NCBI GenBank assembly: GCA_039189905.1
Contig: JBCCYK010000003.1
Location: forward strand, 13,813-77,812
DNA length: 64,000 nucleotides
DNA from: Planctomycetota bacterium
GTDB taxonomy: Bacteria > Planctomycetota > Planctomycetia > Pirellulales > Pirellulaceae
Direction: 5' to 3'
Below the pieces are notes generated by a model that ran no database searches, was not told where the DNA came from, and was given only the letters and a program-made list of their open reading frames with translations. Numbering within the stretch: position 1 is the stretch's first letter; each line of letters starts with the position of its first letter. The position numbers and the translations under genes are program-made. Below are positions 29,501 through 37,533 of this stretch, one piece after another.

Positions 29501-31353
29501 GGCAACCTTGCGAACGCTCGGCCAAATTCTCGAAGGACCATTCTGGCATGCTTGATATCAAACAAGTCGATCATCGCCATGTTGTGATTTTGAAGCAGAT
29601 CGATTTCCACGTGCTCCATCAAACGGCTGAACGCAAGCCAAAAATCATCACGAACGAGCAGGATGCATTGAACATGCTCGCCATCGCATTGCCGAAGCGC
29701 CTTGGCCAGCTCGGAGTGCTCGGGTTGTTGCGTGGAGTAGAGCCACTGTTCGAACTGATCGATGATGAGGAGTATCTTTGTCCCTTCGCCCATCACGTTC
29801 TGGTGTCGAAGGGCCGCAATGGACTCGCGAAGTCCCAGTTCCGTATCCAGATAAGGGCACTTGCGGCGGATTCGATTGACCAGCCGCAACTCCGTGGCGT
29901 CGGGGGCCGCTTCAATAAAAATCGGCAGCACGTTGTCCTGAAGGCTTGGAATCAAGCCCGCTTTGCAGAAGGAACTCTTGCCGCAGCCGGAAGGTCCATA
30001 GATAAGCCCCACGCGAAAGGTGTTCTCGGGATCGCGTTCTTCGATGCGACGTTTCCAGACAAGGATTGACTCGGGCATGCCGTCCCGGTCATAGGGGCCG
30101 GGAAGCAAGTCCGTGAAGAAGTGGGCGTCCTGAGTGCCAAAGGATCGAAGACCACGCGGGACCAGTCCCGTCGCTCGGCGATTGGATCTTGAGTTTTCTG
30201 CAGGCATTGCCTCGCTGGGAGCTTCCGTAGCCTCAGCAGAAAAAACGGCTTCGTGCTCAGAGTAGTCTTGCTTCGGATCGGATAGCAAGAACCGTAAATC
30301 CTTCGCGAGGTTGAGTCCGGTTGCATGACGAGCACTGCTTCGTTTGGCAAGCGTTTTCAAGCAGATGCGTTCCAACTCCGGACTCACTTCGGGATTCAAC
30401 TCGCTGGGCGGCTGCGCGTCCTGTTCCTCGATCATCCGCAAGACTGAGTGGGATGTGCTTCCTGCAAACGGCCGCTTGCCGGTGATCAGTTCGTAAAGAA
30501 CGACCCCAAGACTAAAGAGGTCCGATCGCCCCGTCACCAAATGGTTTTCCCCCCGCGCCTGTTCTGGGCTCATATACGCGGGGGTGCCCGCAATTCGGCT
30601 TGTGCGGGCGGCGTCCTCTTCTAACAAGGCGAGCCCAAAGTCGGCCAGGTAGGCCGTGCCTCTCTTATCGAGCAGGATGTTACTTGGTTTGATGTCACGA
30701 TGAATGACGCCCATGCTGTGGACGTAGTGAAGCGCCTCGGCGAGCGTGGCAACCAATTCAATGACCTGCGAAACCTGCAGACGACATTGTTTGTTTCTTT
30801 GATAGAGATCACTCCCATCGATGTAGCGCGAAACGATGAAGCAGATTCCATCGTCGGTGTGCCCGACGTCGTGGACGGGTACCACGTGGGGATGCTCCAG
30901 CTTTGCCAAGGTGCGCGCTTCGGTTAGGAACGCATGGACCTGTTTTGAGCTGGCCACACGGTGCGCGTGTGGGATCTTGATCGTGACTTTGCGCTGAAGC
31001 TCATCGTCCCACGCCAGGTAGACGCGACCGAAGCCGCCTTCCCCCAAGAGTTTCTCTACCTGATATCGCCCAATGAAGTCGCGGTCGGGCTCGACGATCA
31101 GCCCGAGCGAACTGTTTGACGATCCGGGGGAACCTGCCGTTCGGGTCGCGTTTTCATTGCGTGTGACGCGTTCGTTGCGTGTGACGAGCGAATGGGGACG
31201 CTCGCTATCTCTCTTTGTCAGGTCTGACCGGTCTGTGGCCCCCGTACTTTCTGGCGGAAACTCTCCAGGCTGGGTGCGTTTCTCCGTTGGCTCGGCATGG
31301 GGTTGTTTTTCGTTGTTTTGGCCTGACATCAATCCGATCGTTTCCTCGTCCAC
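26575..31353 (-). CDS. Ser/Thr protein kinase - P-loop (STAND-like) NTPase - TM - helical repeats - FGE/SUMF1-like domain fusion protein
   Basis: Kinase motifs (about nt 30286-31068): GEGGFGRVY, VTIK, HRDIKPSNILL, DFG, TPAYMSPE. Walker A GPSGCGKSS and Walker B LLIIDQFEQ lie at about nt 29254-30036. A single TM segment (FLVATAVLILVCVFG) lies at about nt 28702-28752. The C-terminal ~245 aa (nt 26578-27312) carry FGE-sulfatase hallmarks (YRLPMAEEW, NVREWAND, FYGFRLFRS). Confidence 0.85.
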   Translation of the reverse strand: MDEETIGLMSGQNNEKQPHAEPTEKRTQPGEFPPESTGATDRSDLTKRDSERPHSLVTRNERVTRNENATRTAGSPGSSNSSLGLIVEPDRDFIGRYQVEKLLGEGGFGRVYLAWDDELQRKVTIKIPHAHRVASSKQVHAFLTEARTLAKLEHPHVVPVHDVGHTDDGICFIVSRYIDGSDLYQRNKQCRLQVSQVIELVATLAEALHYVHSMGVIHRDIKPSNILLDKRGTAYLADFGLALLEEDAARTSRIAGTPAYMSPEQARGENHLVTGRSDLFSLGVVLYELITGKRPFAGSTSHSVLRMIEEQDAQPPSELNPEVSPELERICLKTLAKRSSARHATGLNLAKDLRFLLSDPKQDYSEHEAVFSAEATEAPSEAMPAENSRSNRRATGLVPRGLRSFGTQDAHFFTDLLPGPYDRDGMPESILVWKRRIEERDPENTFRVGLIYGPSGCGKSSFCKAGLIPSLQDNVLPIFIEAAPDATELRLVNRIRRKCPYLDTELGLRESIAALRHQNVMGEGTKILLIIDQFEQWLYSTQQPEHSELAKALRQCDGEHVQCILLVRDDFWLAFSRLMEHVEIDLLQNHNMAMIDLFDIKHARMVLREFGRAFARLPKNPSDLSRDERAFIEQAIAGLAENGKVIPVRIALFAEMIKSRPWSTATLKQIGGTKGVGVLFLEENFSSPNAPAEHAVHLQAVYETLGSLLPQPGTNLKGHMRSHEELLAISGYAAQPKQFQSLIRTLDNDLHLITRTTQGGRGDNSTSQSGSFSSPQAVDVVQDEFYQLAHDYLVPAIREWQSRMQRGTRRGQAELRLAQRAEVWGTRPEPRHLPTITEWIAIHAFTSKSRWNETESGMMGSAGRRHGRFLVATAVLILVCVFGCREFLRWNHARSLAQQLEVAEPSGLSGLLDALEKRGHWSLKPLKSIRVQNPPGTNRHLFSSLALRRIEHTAVEEEAATIQPALLRSDPETLWVLCNELRPQRSAWVNYLWKCAGDTTLQRATNPMGRPYHPRLNALMALAQLDPPGGDDLINERWREHAAFAAEELIHFANIDRTSFSQMVELVQPAVDPLIDPLASAMISGDSVGRTLRKSAAQDLLVRLLEQRVPEYVDILLGADVEQILASQDLIDKHFENVRPVLETAIQKPVRLRDEGWILVALRKATAAALLLRHDITTADVWAVLVPDSTGSAQMEESEDWIRSELRRLLPSKHWTRLNEEGGFESLSQRYREVTFGRTTIPNARTRLVQRARLFQADPTPMARKLLVEQDLRMQCGLIQVLGEFDPSEVDASLREQVITLSKGWILSAPTAVLRGNAYWLLQRWNQGHWANEQFESKSQLRDDAADWYVNSIGQTMVRLPQHEAEDRYRIEIAAAETTLGQLKTWRRDGVKEFKWSGVKDRVAAGNVTYHECVAFCNWLSKQEGLADDQLCYPDRQNPNDPPARIYPDYRSRTGYRLPMAEEWFFACSSGAITDYSFGSGSGGPGPITDGLHVGYALSWEADRAGSWSVGAARPNGFGIFDMYLNVREWANDIDPGDATRNQLCGFDFRVSLEGESTEPRYLGWSEPGSSRSFYGFRLFRSHPTAANDNDH

Positions 31354-31491
31354 CTTTTTTTGCCGACAAAGGCCGATTATAGACGGCCTAGGGCCTTGCG
31401 CGGCGTGGACGGACGCTTACGGTGTCAAAGTGTTGGCGTCGACACGGTCGATCCATCTGAAACGCCGTCCTGCTAGACTGCGTGGGTGCGT

Positions 31492-32421
31492 ATGACCAGC
31501 CCAACGATCGATCTGACGATGCGACGCGCGGATGCCGCAAGCGATGCGGGTCCGTTGCTGTCCCCGGCGATGCTGGAACGGCTGCAGCGGTTGGAGTTGG
31601 TTTCGCGAAAGATTTTTCGTGGCCGCATGAAGGGCGAGCGAATCAGTCGGCGCAAAGGCCAGAGTGTTGAGTTCGCAGACTTTCGGAACTACGTCCCGGG
31701 TGACGACCTGCGATTGATCGACTGGAATCTCTACGCCCGTCTGGATCAACTCTTCCTAAAGTTGTTCCAAGAGGAAGAGGATTTGCACTTTTATGCGCTG
31801 GTCGACACCAGCGAGTCAATGAATTTTGGTTCGCCGTCGAAAGCACGGATCGCTCGCCAATTGGCGGCTGAACTGGGCTACGTCGGCCTCTGCCGCGGTG
31901 ACCGTGTTGCGGTTCAAGGTCTGGGGCCATCCGCTGCGATGGCCCCCGTCATTCGCACGCGTGCGTCGTACTGGAAACTGAATCAGTATCTGGAGTCACT
32001 TCCTGCGTCGGAAAACACGGCGCTTGCCGACGGTGTGAAGGAGTTCTTGTTGCGCGGTGCGTCGACAGGGATTGTGGTGTTGATCACAGACTTGATGGAC
32101 AAGGCAGGCTATGAATCCGCGCTCCGTATGTTGGTGGGGCGCCGTATGGACGTGTTTGTCTTGCAGGTGCTATCCCGCGAGGAATTAGAGCCACCTTTGC
32201 GTGGCGACCGACGATTGATCGACGTGGAAGACAACAACGCCGCCGAAATCACCATCAATCAACACGTGCTTGATCGGTATCAGGCAACCTTGCAGTCCTT
32301 CCTAACGGGTGTGCGGCAATACTGTGCGAAACGTTCGATTGTGCACGCTTTGATCGCGAACGACACCGCGTTGGAAGAGGTGGTCACGCGTTATCTTCGC
32401 GCACGAGGGGTCGTGCGATGA
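31492..32421 (+). CDS. DUF58 domain protein (MoxR-system associated)
   Basis: Hallmark DUF58 motif RKGQSVEFADFRNYVPGDDLRLIDW, followed by a vWA-like region (ALVDTSESM). The ATG at 31492 lies within the ORF that starts at 31486. Confidence 0.85.
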   Translation: MTSPTIDLTMRRADAASDAGPLLSPAMLERLQRLELVSRKIFRGRMKGERISRRKGQSVEFADFRNYVPGDDLRLIDWNLYARLDQLFLKLFQEEEDLHFYALVDTSESMNFGSPSKARIARQLAAELGYVGLCRGDRVAVQGLGPSAAMAPVIRTRASYWKLNQYLESLPASENTALADGVKEFLLRGASTGIVVLITDLMDKAGYESALRMLVGRRMDVFVLQVLSREELEPPLRGDRRLIDVEDNNAAEITINQHVLDRYQATLQSFLTGVRQYCAKRSIVHALIANDTALEEVVTRYLRARGVVR

Positions 32422-34433
32422 ACCTCATTCCCGCATTTGATCGTGTCGGGCCTTGGGTTGTTTTGGCGGCGGTCCCGTTGGGGATCGTCCTTCTTTACTT
32501 CCTCAAACTACGTCGTCAGGACGTGGAGGTTCCTAGCACTTACCTGTGGAGCCGCACGATCGAGGACCTGCACGTCAATAGTCTGCTGCAACGTTTGCGA
32601 ACGAGCCTCTTGTTGCTACTGCAACTCCTGACCGTTGGTTTGGCTGCCTTCGCGTTGTTTCGTCCGGGTGTCCGCGATAGCGCATCATCACAGGGTCGCA
32701 TGGTCTGGTTATGGGATACATCCGCCAGCATGAACGCGAAGGACGATGATGGCGCGGGAGGGGTCGGCGACGCGTCGCGATTTGACCTCGTTCGAGAACG
32801 CTTGTTGGCTCGCGTCGATTCCATGACTGACGCGGAGACCGCGATGCTGGTGACTTTCAGCGATCGGGCGGAGGTTTTGCAAGCATTCACTTCCGACCGC
32901 AATCGGCTTCGCGACGCCATCGGCCGTGCGTCACCCACACAACGGCCCACCGATATTTTGGGTGCGCTGAAGGCGGCCGACGGTTTGGCCAATCCCAGGC
33001 GAAGTAGTGAGATCGGCGACGTGAATGACATTCAGGTCGCCGATGCGATGCCAGCTGACTTGATGCTCTACAGCGACGGCGGCTTTCAATCCGTGACGGA
33101 ATTCTATTTGGGAAATCTGGTACCTCAGTATCAAGCGATTGGCTCCGCAAGTGTCCGCAACGTGGCGATTACCGAGTTTTCTGCTGATCGAGATCTCCAA
33201 TCGCCTGAAAAAGTGGTTGCGTTTGCAACCGTTCAAAACACAGGAACGGAGCCAGCGGCATCCAATGCATCGCTGTTCCTGGGCACGACCCTGATCGATG
33301 CACTCCAGGTTGACTTGGAGCCAGGCGCTGAGTCTGGATTGTCTTTTGAGGTTGAGAATGATCAAGCCATTGGATTGCGGTTGGTCTTGGAACAAGAAGA
33401 TGCACTGGAGACGGATAATCGCGCGTTCGCTGCCTTAACACCATCGGGCCGGGTTTCCGTTTTGATGGTGACCGATGAGAATCGACCGCTCGAATTGGCT
33501 TTCTCGACGTCCAAGTGCGCTCAGATCGCCGACTTGGAGGTTGTGCCGACGGACTTCTTGGAGACGGATGCTTTCCAAAAGCGCGCGACGGAAGGACGTG
33601 ACGATTTGGTCGTGTTTGATCGCTGCCAGCCAGAACGCATGCCGGCAACGAACACCTGGTTTCTAGGTTCCATTCCAGGAGAAGACTGGAAATGGGCATC
33701 CGACGCGTCCCAGATCAATGTGATTGATCTCGACCGAACGCATCCGTTGCTGAGATACCTGGATCTCTATTCTTTGTTGATCTTTTCAGGACGAGCGGTC
33801 GAATCACCGAAGGGAGCCGTGGGACTGGTTGAATCGGATCTTGGGACGGTGATGTCAATCGTTGCTCGCGGTGGTTATCGCGACTTGATCGTCGGCTTTC
33901 CGCTGGTTCAACAGGATGACGACGGGAACACGCAGGCAAACACCAACTGGTATGCGGAACGCTCGTGGCCCGTGTTCGTTTACAACGTGCTTCGCCATTT
34001 GGCCGGCGCCGCCCAATCCTCTGCGGCGGCATCGTACCAGCCGGGTCAAACCGTGCTTGGGCGGGTGGAAAGTGCGGTGGGCAGTGCTCGACTCAAACGA
34101 ACCGGGGCAGGCGGTTTGGAAGAGGATCTGGGTGAGGTGACGATCGGCGAAGGCGGTGGCTTCGAGATCACGCGTACCGACCAGGTGGGGAACTACCAGT
34201 TGGTCAGTGGATCAGGCGACGAGGAGCGAATCCTGGAACGTTTTGTCGTCAACTTGTTTGATGTTGCCGAAAGCACTATCGCGACGAAGCCCGAGATTGA
34301 GCTTGGATTCAACTCGTTTGAAGGTCAGGTCGGACAGGTCGAAACTCGGCGTGAATATTGGCCCTGGCTCCTTTGGATCGTCCTCGCCGTGCTTGCCGCT
34401 GAATGGTGGCTGTATAGCCGGCGGCTCGCGTGA
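32418..34433 (+). CDS. BatA-like N-terminal double-TM / vWA domain membrane protein
   Basis: Aerotolerance-regulator-type N-terminus (LLYFLKLRRQDVEVPSTYLW), MIDAS DTSASM, and a C-terminal TM (WLLWIVLAVLAAEWWLY). ATGA overlap with the DUF58 gene. Confidence 0.8.
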   Translation: MNLIPAFDRVGPWVVLAAVPLGIVLLYFLKLRRQDVEVPSTYLWSRTIEDLHVNSLLQRLRTSLLLLLQLLTVGLAAFALFRPGVRDSASSQGRMVWLWDTSASMNAKDDDGAGGVGDASRFDLVRERLLARVDSMTDAETAMLVTFSDRAEVLQAFTSDRNRLRDAIGRASPTQRPTDILGALKAADGLANPRRSSEIGDVNDIQVADAMPADLMLYSDGGFQSVTEFYLGNLVPQYQAIGSASVRNVAITEFSADRDLQSPEKVVAFATVQNTGTEPAASNASLFLGTTLIDALQVDLEPGAESGLSFEVENDQAIGLRLVLEQEDALETDNRAFAALTPSGRVSVLMVTDENRPLELAFSTSKCAQIADLEVVPTDFLETDAFQKRATEGRDDLVVFDRCQPERMPATNTWFLGSIPGEDWKWASDASQINVIDLDRTHPLLRYLDLYSLLIFSGRAVESPKGAVGLVESDLGTVMSIVARGGYRDLIVGFPLVQQDDDGNTQANTNWYAERSWPVFVYNVLRHLAGAAQSSAAASYQPGQTVLGRVESAVGSARLKRTGAGGLEEDLGEVTIGEGGGFEITRTDQVGNYQLVSGSGDEERILERFVVNLFDVAESTIATKPEIELGFNSFEGQVGQVETRREYWPWLLWIVLAVLAAEWWLYSRRLA

Positions 34434-34464
34434 GCGTTCCGTCTCCTCCCGTCCACCAGCGGGT

Positions 34465-35844
34465 CTACCAAAGCCCCATGGCTTTCCACCATGCGTAACC
34501 GGTCGTCAGTGCGAGGCTGACACCGACGATGGTGAGTAGCAAACCAGGACGCACCATGTCGCCAACGTTGATTTTGCCCGATGAGAACGCCATGGCATTG
34601 GGTGGCGTGGAGATCGGAAGCGGCATGGCGAGTGAACAGCCAAACGCGGTTCCAATCATGATGGGGGACGTCGTTTCGACACTCAGTCCAATGATGATGG
34701 GAAGCAGCAGGTTGGCCGTCGCTGTGTTGCTCATGAGCGACGACATGGTGCAGGCAACCGTTCCGAACAAAGCTGTCAGCATGAAGATCCCCAGGCCGTC
34801 CACGGGGAGTTGAGCGACGAGCCAGTCGGCCAAGCCACTCTCCGCGATGACCGTGCCGAGACAAAGGCCGCCCCCCATCATCAACAACACGTCCCAGGAC
34901 ATGTCCCGAAGGTCGCGGTTCTGCAGAATCCCCGTGCCGAAGAAAACCAGTAAGGGGATCATCGCGATCGTGCCCGAACTAAGTCCATGCAGCGACGCCG
35001 TCATCCAACCGAAGACCGTGATGGCAACGGTCAAGGTGATGACGAGGATGGATCGATCCAGAGTCACCCGAACAAGATCTCCCGAGGTCTCGGGCATGGG
35101 ACTGGCCGATTCCCGGAATAAGACGAGCAGTGTTCCCCAGGCAAGCCCCAACATCACGGCGACGCCGGGAAGTCCGATCAGCATCCAGGTTGAAAAATCA
35201 GGTGCGATGCCGGCTCGCGACATGTACTGCATGGCGATGGCATTGGGCGGACTGCCAATGGGTGTTCCCAAGCCACCGATGTTCGCGGCGAAAGGGATCG
35301 CAAGCAGGAGTGCTTTCGCATTGCCATGATTCTCAGGAAAACGATTGGCCAGTGGCAGCACCATAGCCAGCATCATGGCAGCCGTTGCCGTGTTGGACAG
35401 CCACATCGACAGGACCGCCGTGACGGCCATCACTCCCAAGAGTAATTTTGGAAAGGTGCTACCCGTTTGATGAATGATCTTGGAGGCCAGCCATTCGTCC
35501 AGCCGTTTCTTCTTGAGCGCAGCCGAAAGTGAGAAGCCGCCCAAAAACAAGACGATGACATCAGAAAAGAACGGGCTATAGAAGGCCTGCGGGCTGATAC
35601 TGGTCCCCGCATCACGCATGGAGGGAACTAACCAAACAATCGACAAAAAAAGGACGGCCAAGCTGGTGACAAACAAAGGCACCGCCTCGGTGACCCAGAG
35701 CGTTGCCGCAATCGCCAGGATGCCCAATGCGACGTAGCCAGGATAGGGCAACCCATGCGATTCCAGTTGGCTCAGTCCAAGTTCTGTCGCAAATACCGTC
35801 ACGACGGCCATCGCGATGACGCGGCCAACGGCTTGTTTAGACAT
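34465..35844 (-). CDS. DASS/SLC13-family sodium:anion symporter
   Basis: Two SNT hairpin-tip motifs (LSNTATAAMML and MSNTATANLLLP) in a polytopic membrane protein of about 459 aa. The start MSKQAVGR at 35844 is used; the longer ORF reaching 36246 overlaps the upstream porin gene. Confidence 0.85.
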   Translation of the reverse strand: MSKQAVGRVIAMAVVTVFATELGLSQLESHGLPYPGYVALGILAIAATLWVTEAVPLFVTSLAVLFLSIVWLVPSMRDAGTSISPQAFYSPFFSDVIVLFLGGFSLSAALKKKRLDEWLASKIIHQTGSTFPKLLLGVMAVTAVLSMWLSNTATAAMMLAMVLPLANRFPENHGNAKALLLAIPFAANIGGLGTPIGSPPNAIAMQYMSRAGIAPDFSTWMLIGLPGVAVMLGLAWGTLLVLFRESASPMPETSGDLVRVTLDRSILVITLTVAITVFGWMTASLHGLSSGTIAMIPLLVFFGTGILQNRDLRDMSWDVLLMMGGGLCLGTVIAESGLADWLVAQLPVDGLGIFMLTALFGTVACTMSSLMSNTATANLLLPIIIGLSVETTSPIMIGTAFGCSLAMPLPISTPPNAMAFSSGKINVGDMVRPGLLLTIVGVSLALTTGYAWWKAMGLW

Positions 35845-35858
35845 GTGCAGCTGTCGAA

Positions 35859-37475
35859 CTAAAAGAACGTCCAGAGTTGGGTTCGAAACAAGGTTCCGTC
35901 GGCGCCGGCGACAAACCCCGTGCGGGCTTGTTGCGTTGGCGAATCGTTGACATCGGTCACCTCGAAGGTGAACCGTGCATTGCGCGATTGGAACAGATAC
36001 CAGTTCACGCCAAGACCAACCTCGCGCCCAGTCCCGAAGTCGCCATGGACCTCCGACGTCCGCACAAATGCCTCTAAGCGTTGTGGAAGAACAAATGCAC
36101 TCCCCTGAACGAAGAAGCCTTGGTCCTGGATCGCACTGAGTTTCTCGTCGGTGGTTGTGCTGATATTGCGGAGCCAGCGAAAGAAAGCCTCGCCACTTAA
36201 GCTGCAGCCTCGATACTTCCAACCCAAATGTGCCGTGTAGAGCCAAATGTCGAAGGCGTTGACGGTGCGCCCGGCGCCGAGGGCGTTTGGCTCAATCAAA
36301 CGAGTACCATCGGAAAGGCGAATGACGGTTTCTTCCGCACCGGGCTCGCCGCTGGGAGCACTGTCCGCACGTGTTGTGGTCAGACCATGACCCAGCCGCA
36401 CGACCGGGGAAGCATGTGCCAGCAAATCCGAGAAGCCCACACCAAATTCGCCGAAGGGTTCCCACCAAGCCAACGCCGAATAGACGAAGTTGGTGTCCAG
36501 GTCATTGGCGCGCAGCGTCAAGGTGTTGAATCCATCACCAACAAACACGGTGTAGTGCAGCTGCTCGGTCACATCTCCGCTGGCCCATACTCCGGCGCTG
36601 ATCGAAGGCCGGAAGAATGTCGTCGCCATCGTACGTTCGGCACCCAAGGTGTAACGCGATGTTTGCTGCCATTCCCAGGTTCCGGGTACCTTGCCGAGGC
36701 CCATGTAGAACGCGGATTGCTGTGTCACGTCCATTGAGATCCAAGCCAGGAGTGGCTGAATGGGATTGGACGCGACGGTGCTGTAATCGATATTGGCGTA
36801 GAACTGAAGTGCGGGATCAAAAGCGTAGCCACGAAACACCAATCGCCCACGATTGATATCAAAGTCATTGCGGTTGCTGATGATGCGGTTGTTCCCGGCA
36901 GCGTCCGGTGAGATGGCGTTGTCTCGATCGAACCCGGTGTAGCGAAACTGATTGTGAAGCTCGAAGCTAAGCTCGAACGGATCACTTGCCGGATCATTTG
37001 GCCTCAATGTCCAGCCACCGTCGTATTCCACGCGGTATTTGGACGCTGGAGGTGGGCAAACCATCGGTGCACGCGAGTACATCACTTGCTGGCTTAACAG
37101 ATCCAGTTGTTGTTCCAGCTCACCAATTCGGGAGAGTGCCGTCTCCAGCGTTGCCGGATGATCGACATCGGACGCTTGACTGCGGCGAGCGGCGTTTGGC
37201 CGGCTGGTTTCGCGTTCAACAGAGAGCGAAGCGTCAAGAAGCCCGGGGCTTGTCATGCTATCACGTGGCCCTTCGCTGAACGCGGAGGAAACCAAAAAGA
37301 GAAGGCAGCTGAGAGTCTTGGCAACCAGGCTTGTCGCATGCGGGCCAGCGACTACTCGCCGGAGACAACCGCCGGTTCGCCATTGCATGGGAAGCAAGAC
37401 CACGCGTAAGCGGGCGAACATGGGAATCTTTGTGTTTGTGATCGCATCCCGAGGATCCGATCTCGTTATCGGCAC
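35859..37475 (-). CDS. putative outer-membrane beta-barrel porin (OprO/P-like)
   Basis: Has a hydrophobic signal-like segment (LSCLLFLVSSAFS), a short coiled coil (LETALSRIGELEQQLDLLSQQV), an amphipathic beta-strand pattern and a C-terminal ...LWTFF. The start codon is uncertain (37475, 37421 or 37388). Confidence 0.55.
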   Translation of the reverse strand: MPITRSDPRDAITNTKIPMFARLRVVLLPMQWRTGGCLRRVVAGPHATSLVAKTLSCLLFLVSSAFSEGPRDSMTSPGLLDASLSVERETSRPNAARRSQASDVDHPATLETALSRIGELEQQLDLLSQQVMYSRAPMVCPPPASKYRVEYDGGWTLRPNDPASDPFELSFELHNQFRYTGFDRDNAISPDAAGNNRIISNRNDFDINRGRLVFRGYAFDPALQFYANIDYSTVASNPIQPLLAWISMDVTQQSAFYMGLGKVPGTWEWQQTSRYTLGAERTMATTFFRPSISAGVWASGDVTEQLHYTVFVGDGFNTLTLRANDLDTNFVYSALAWWEPFGEFGVGFSDLLAHASPVVRLGHGLTTTRADSAPSGEPGAEETVIRLSDGTRLIEPNALGAGRTVNAFDIWLYTAHLGWKYRGCSLSGEAFFRWLRNISTTTDEKLSAIQDQGFFVQGSAFVLPQRLEAFVRTSEVHGDFGTGREVGLGVNWYLFQSRNARFTFEVTDVNDSPTQQARTGFVAGADGTLFRTQLWTFF

Positions 37476-37533
37476 GATTCACAGACCGCTTGAATGTCGT
37501 ACTGCCGATTCATTGCGGGATGGACGTTGATTC

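Noticed and set aside
35845-36246. N-terminal 134-codon extension of the DASS transporter ORF
   Set aside because: It overlaps the 3' end of the upstream porin gene in another frame. The extension is Arg/Cys-rich, and a clean transporter N-terminus (MSKQAVGRVIAMAVV) starts at 35844.
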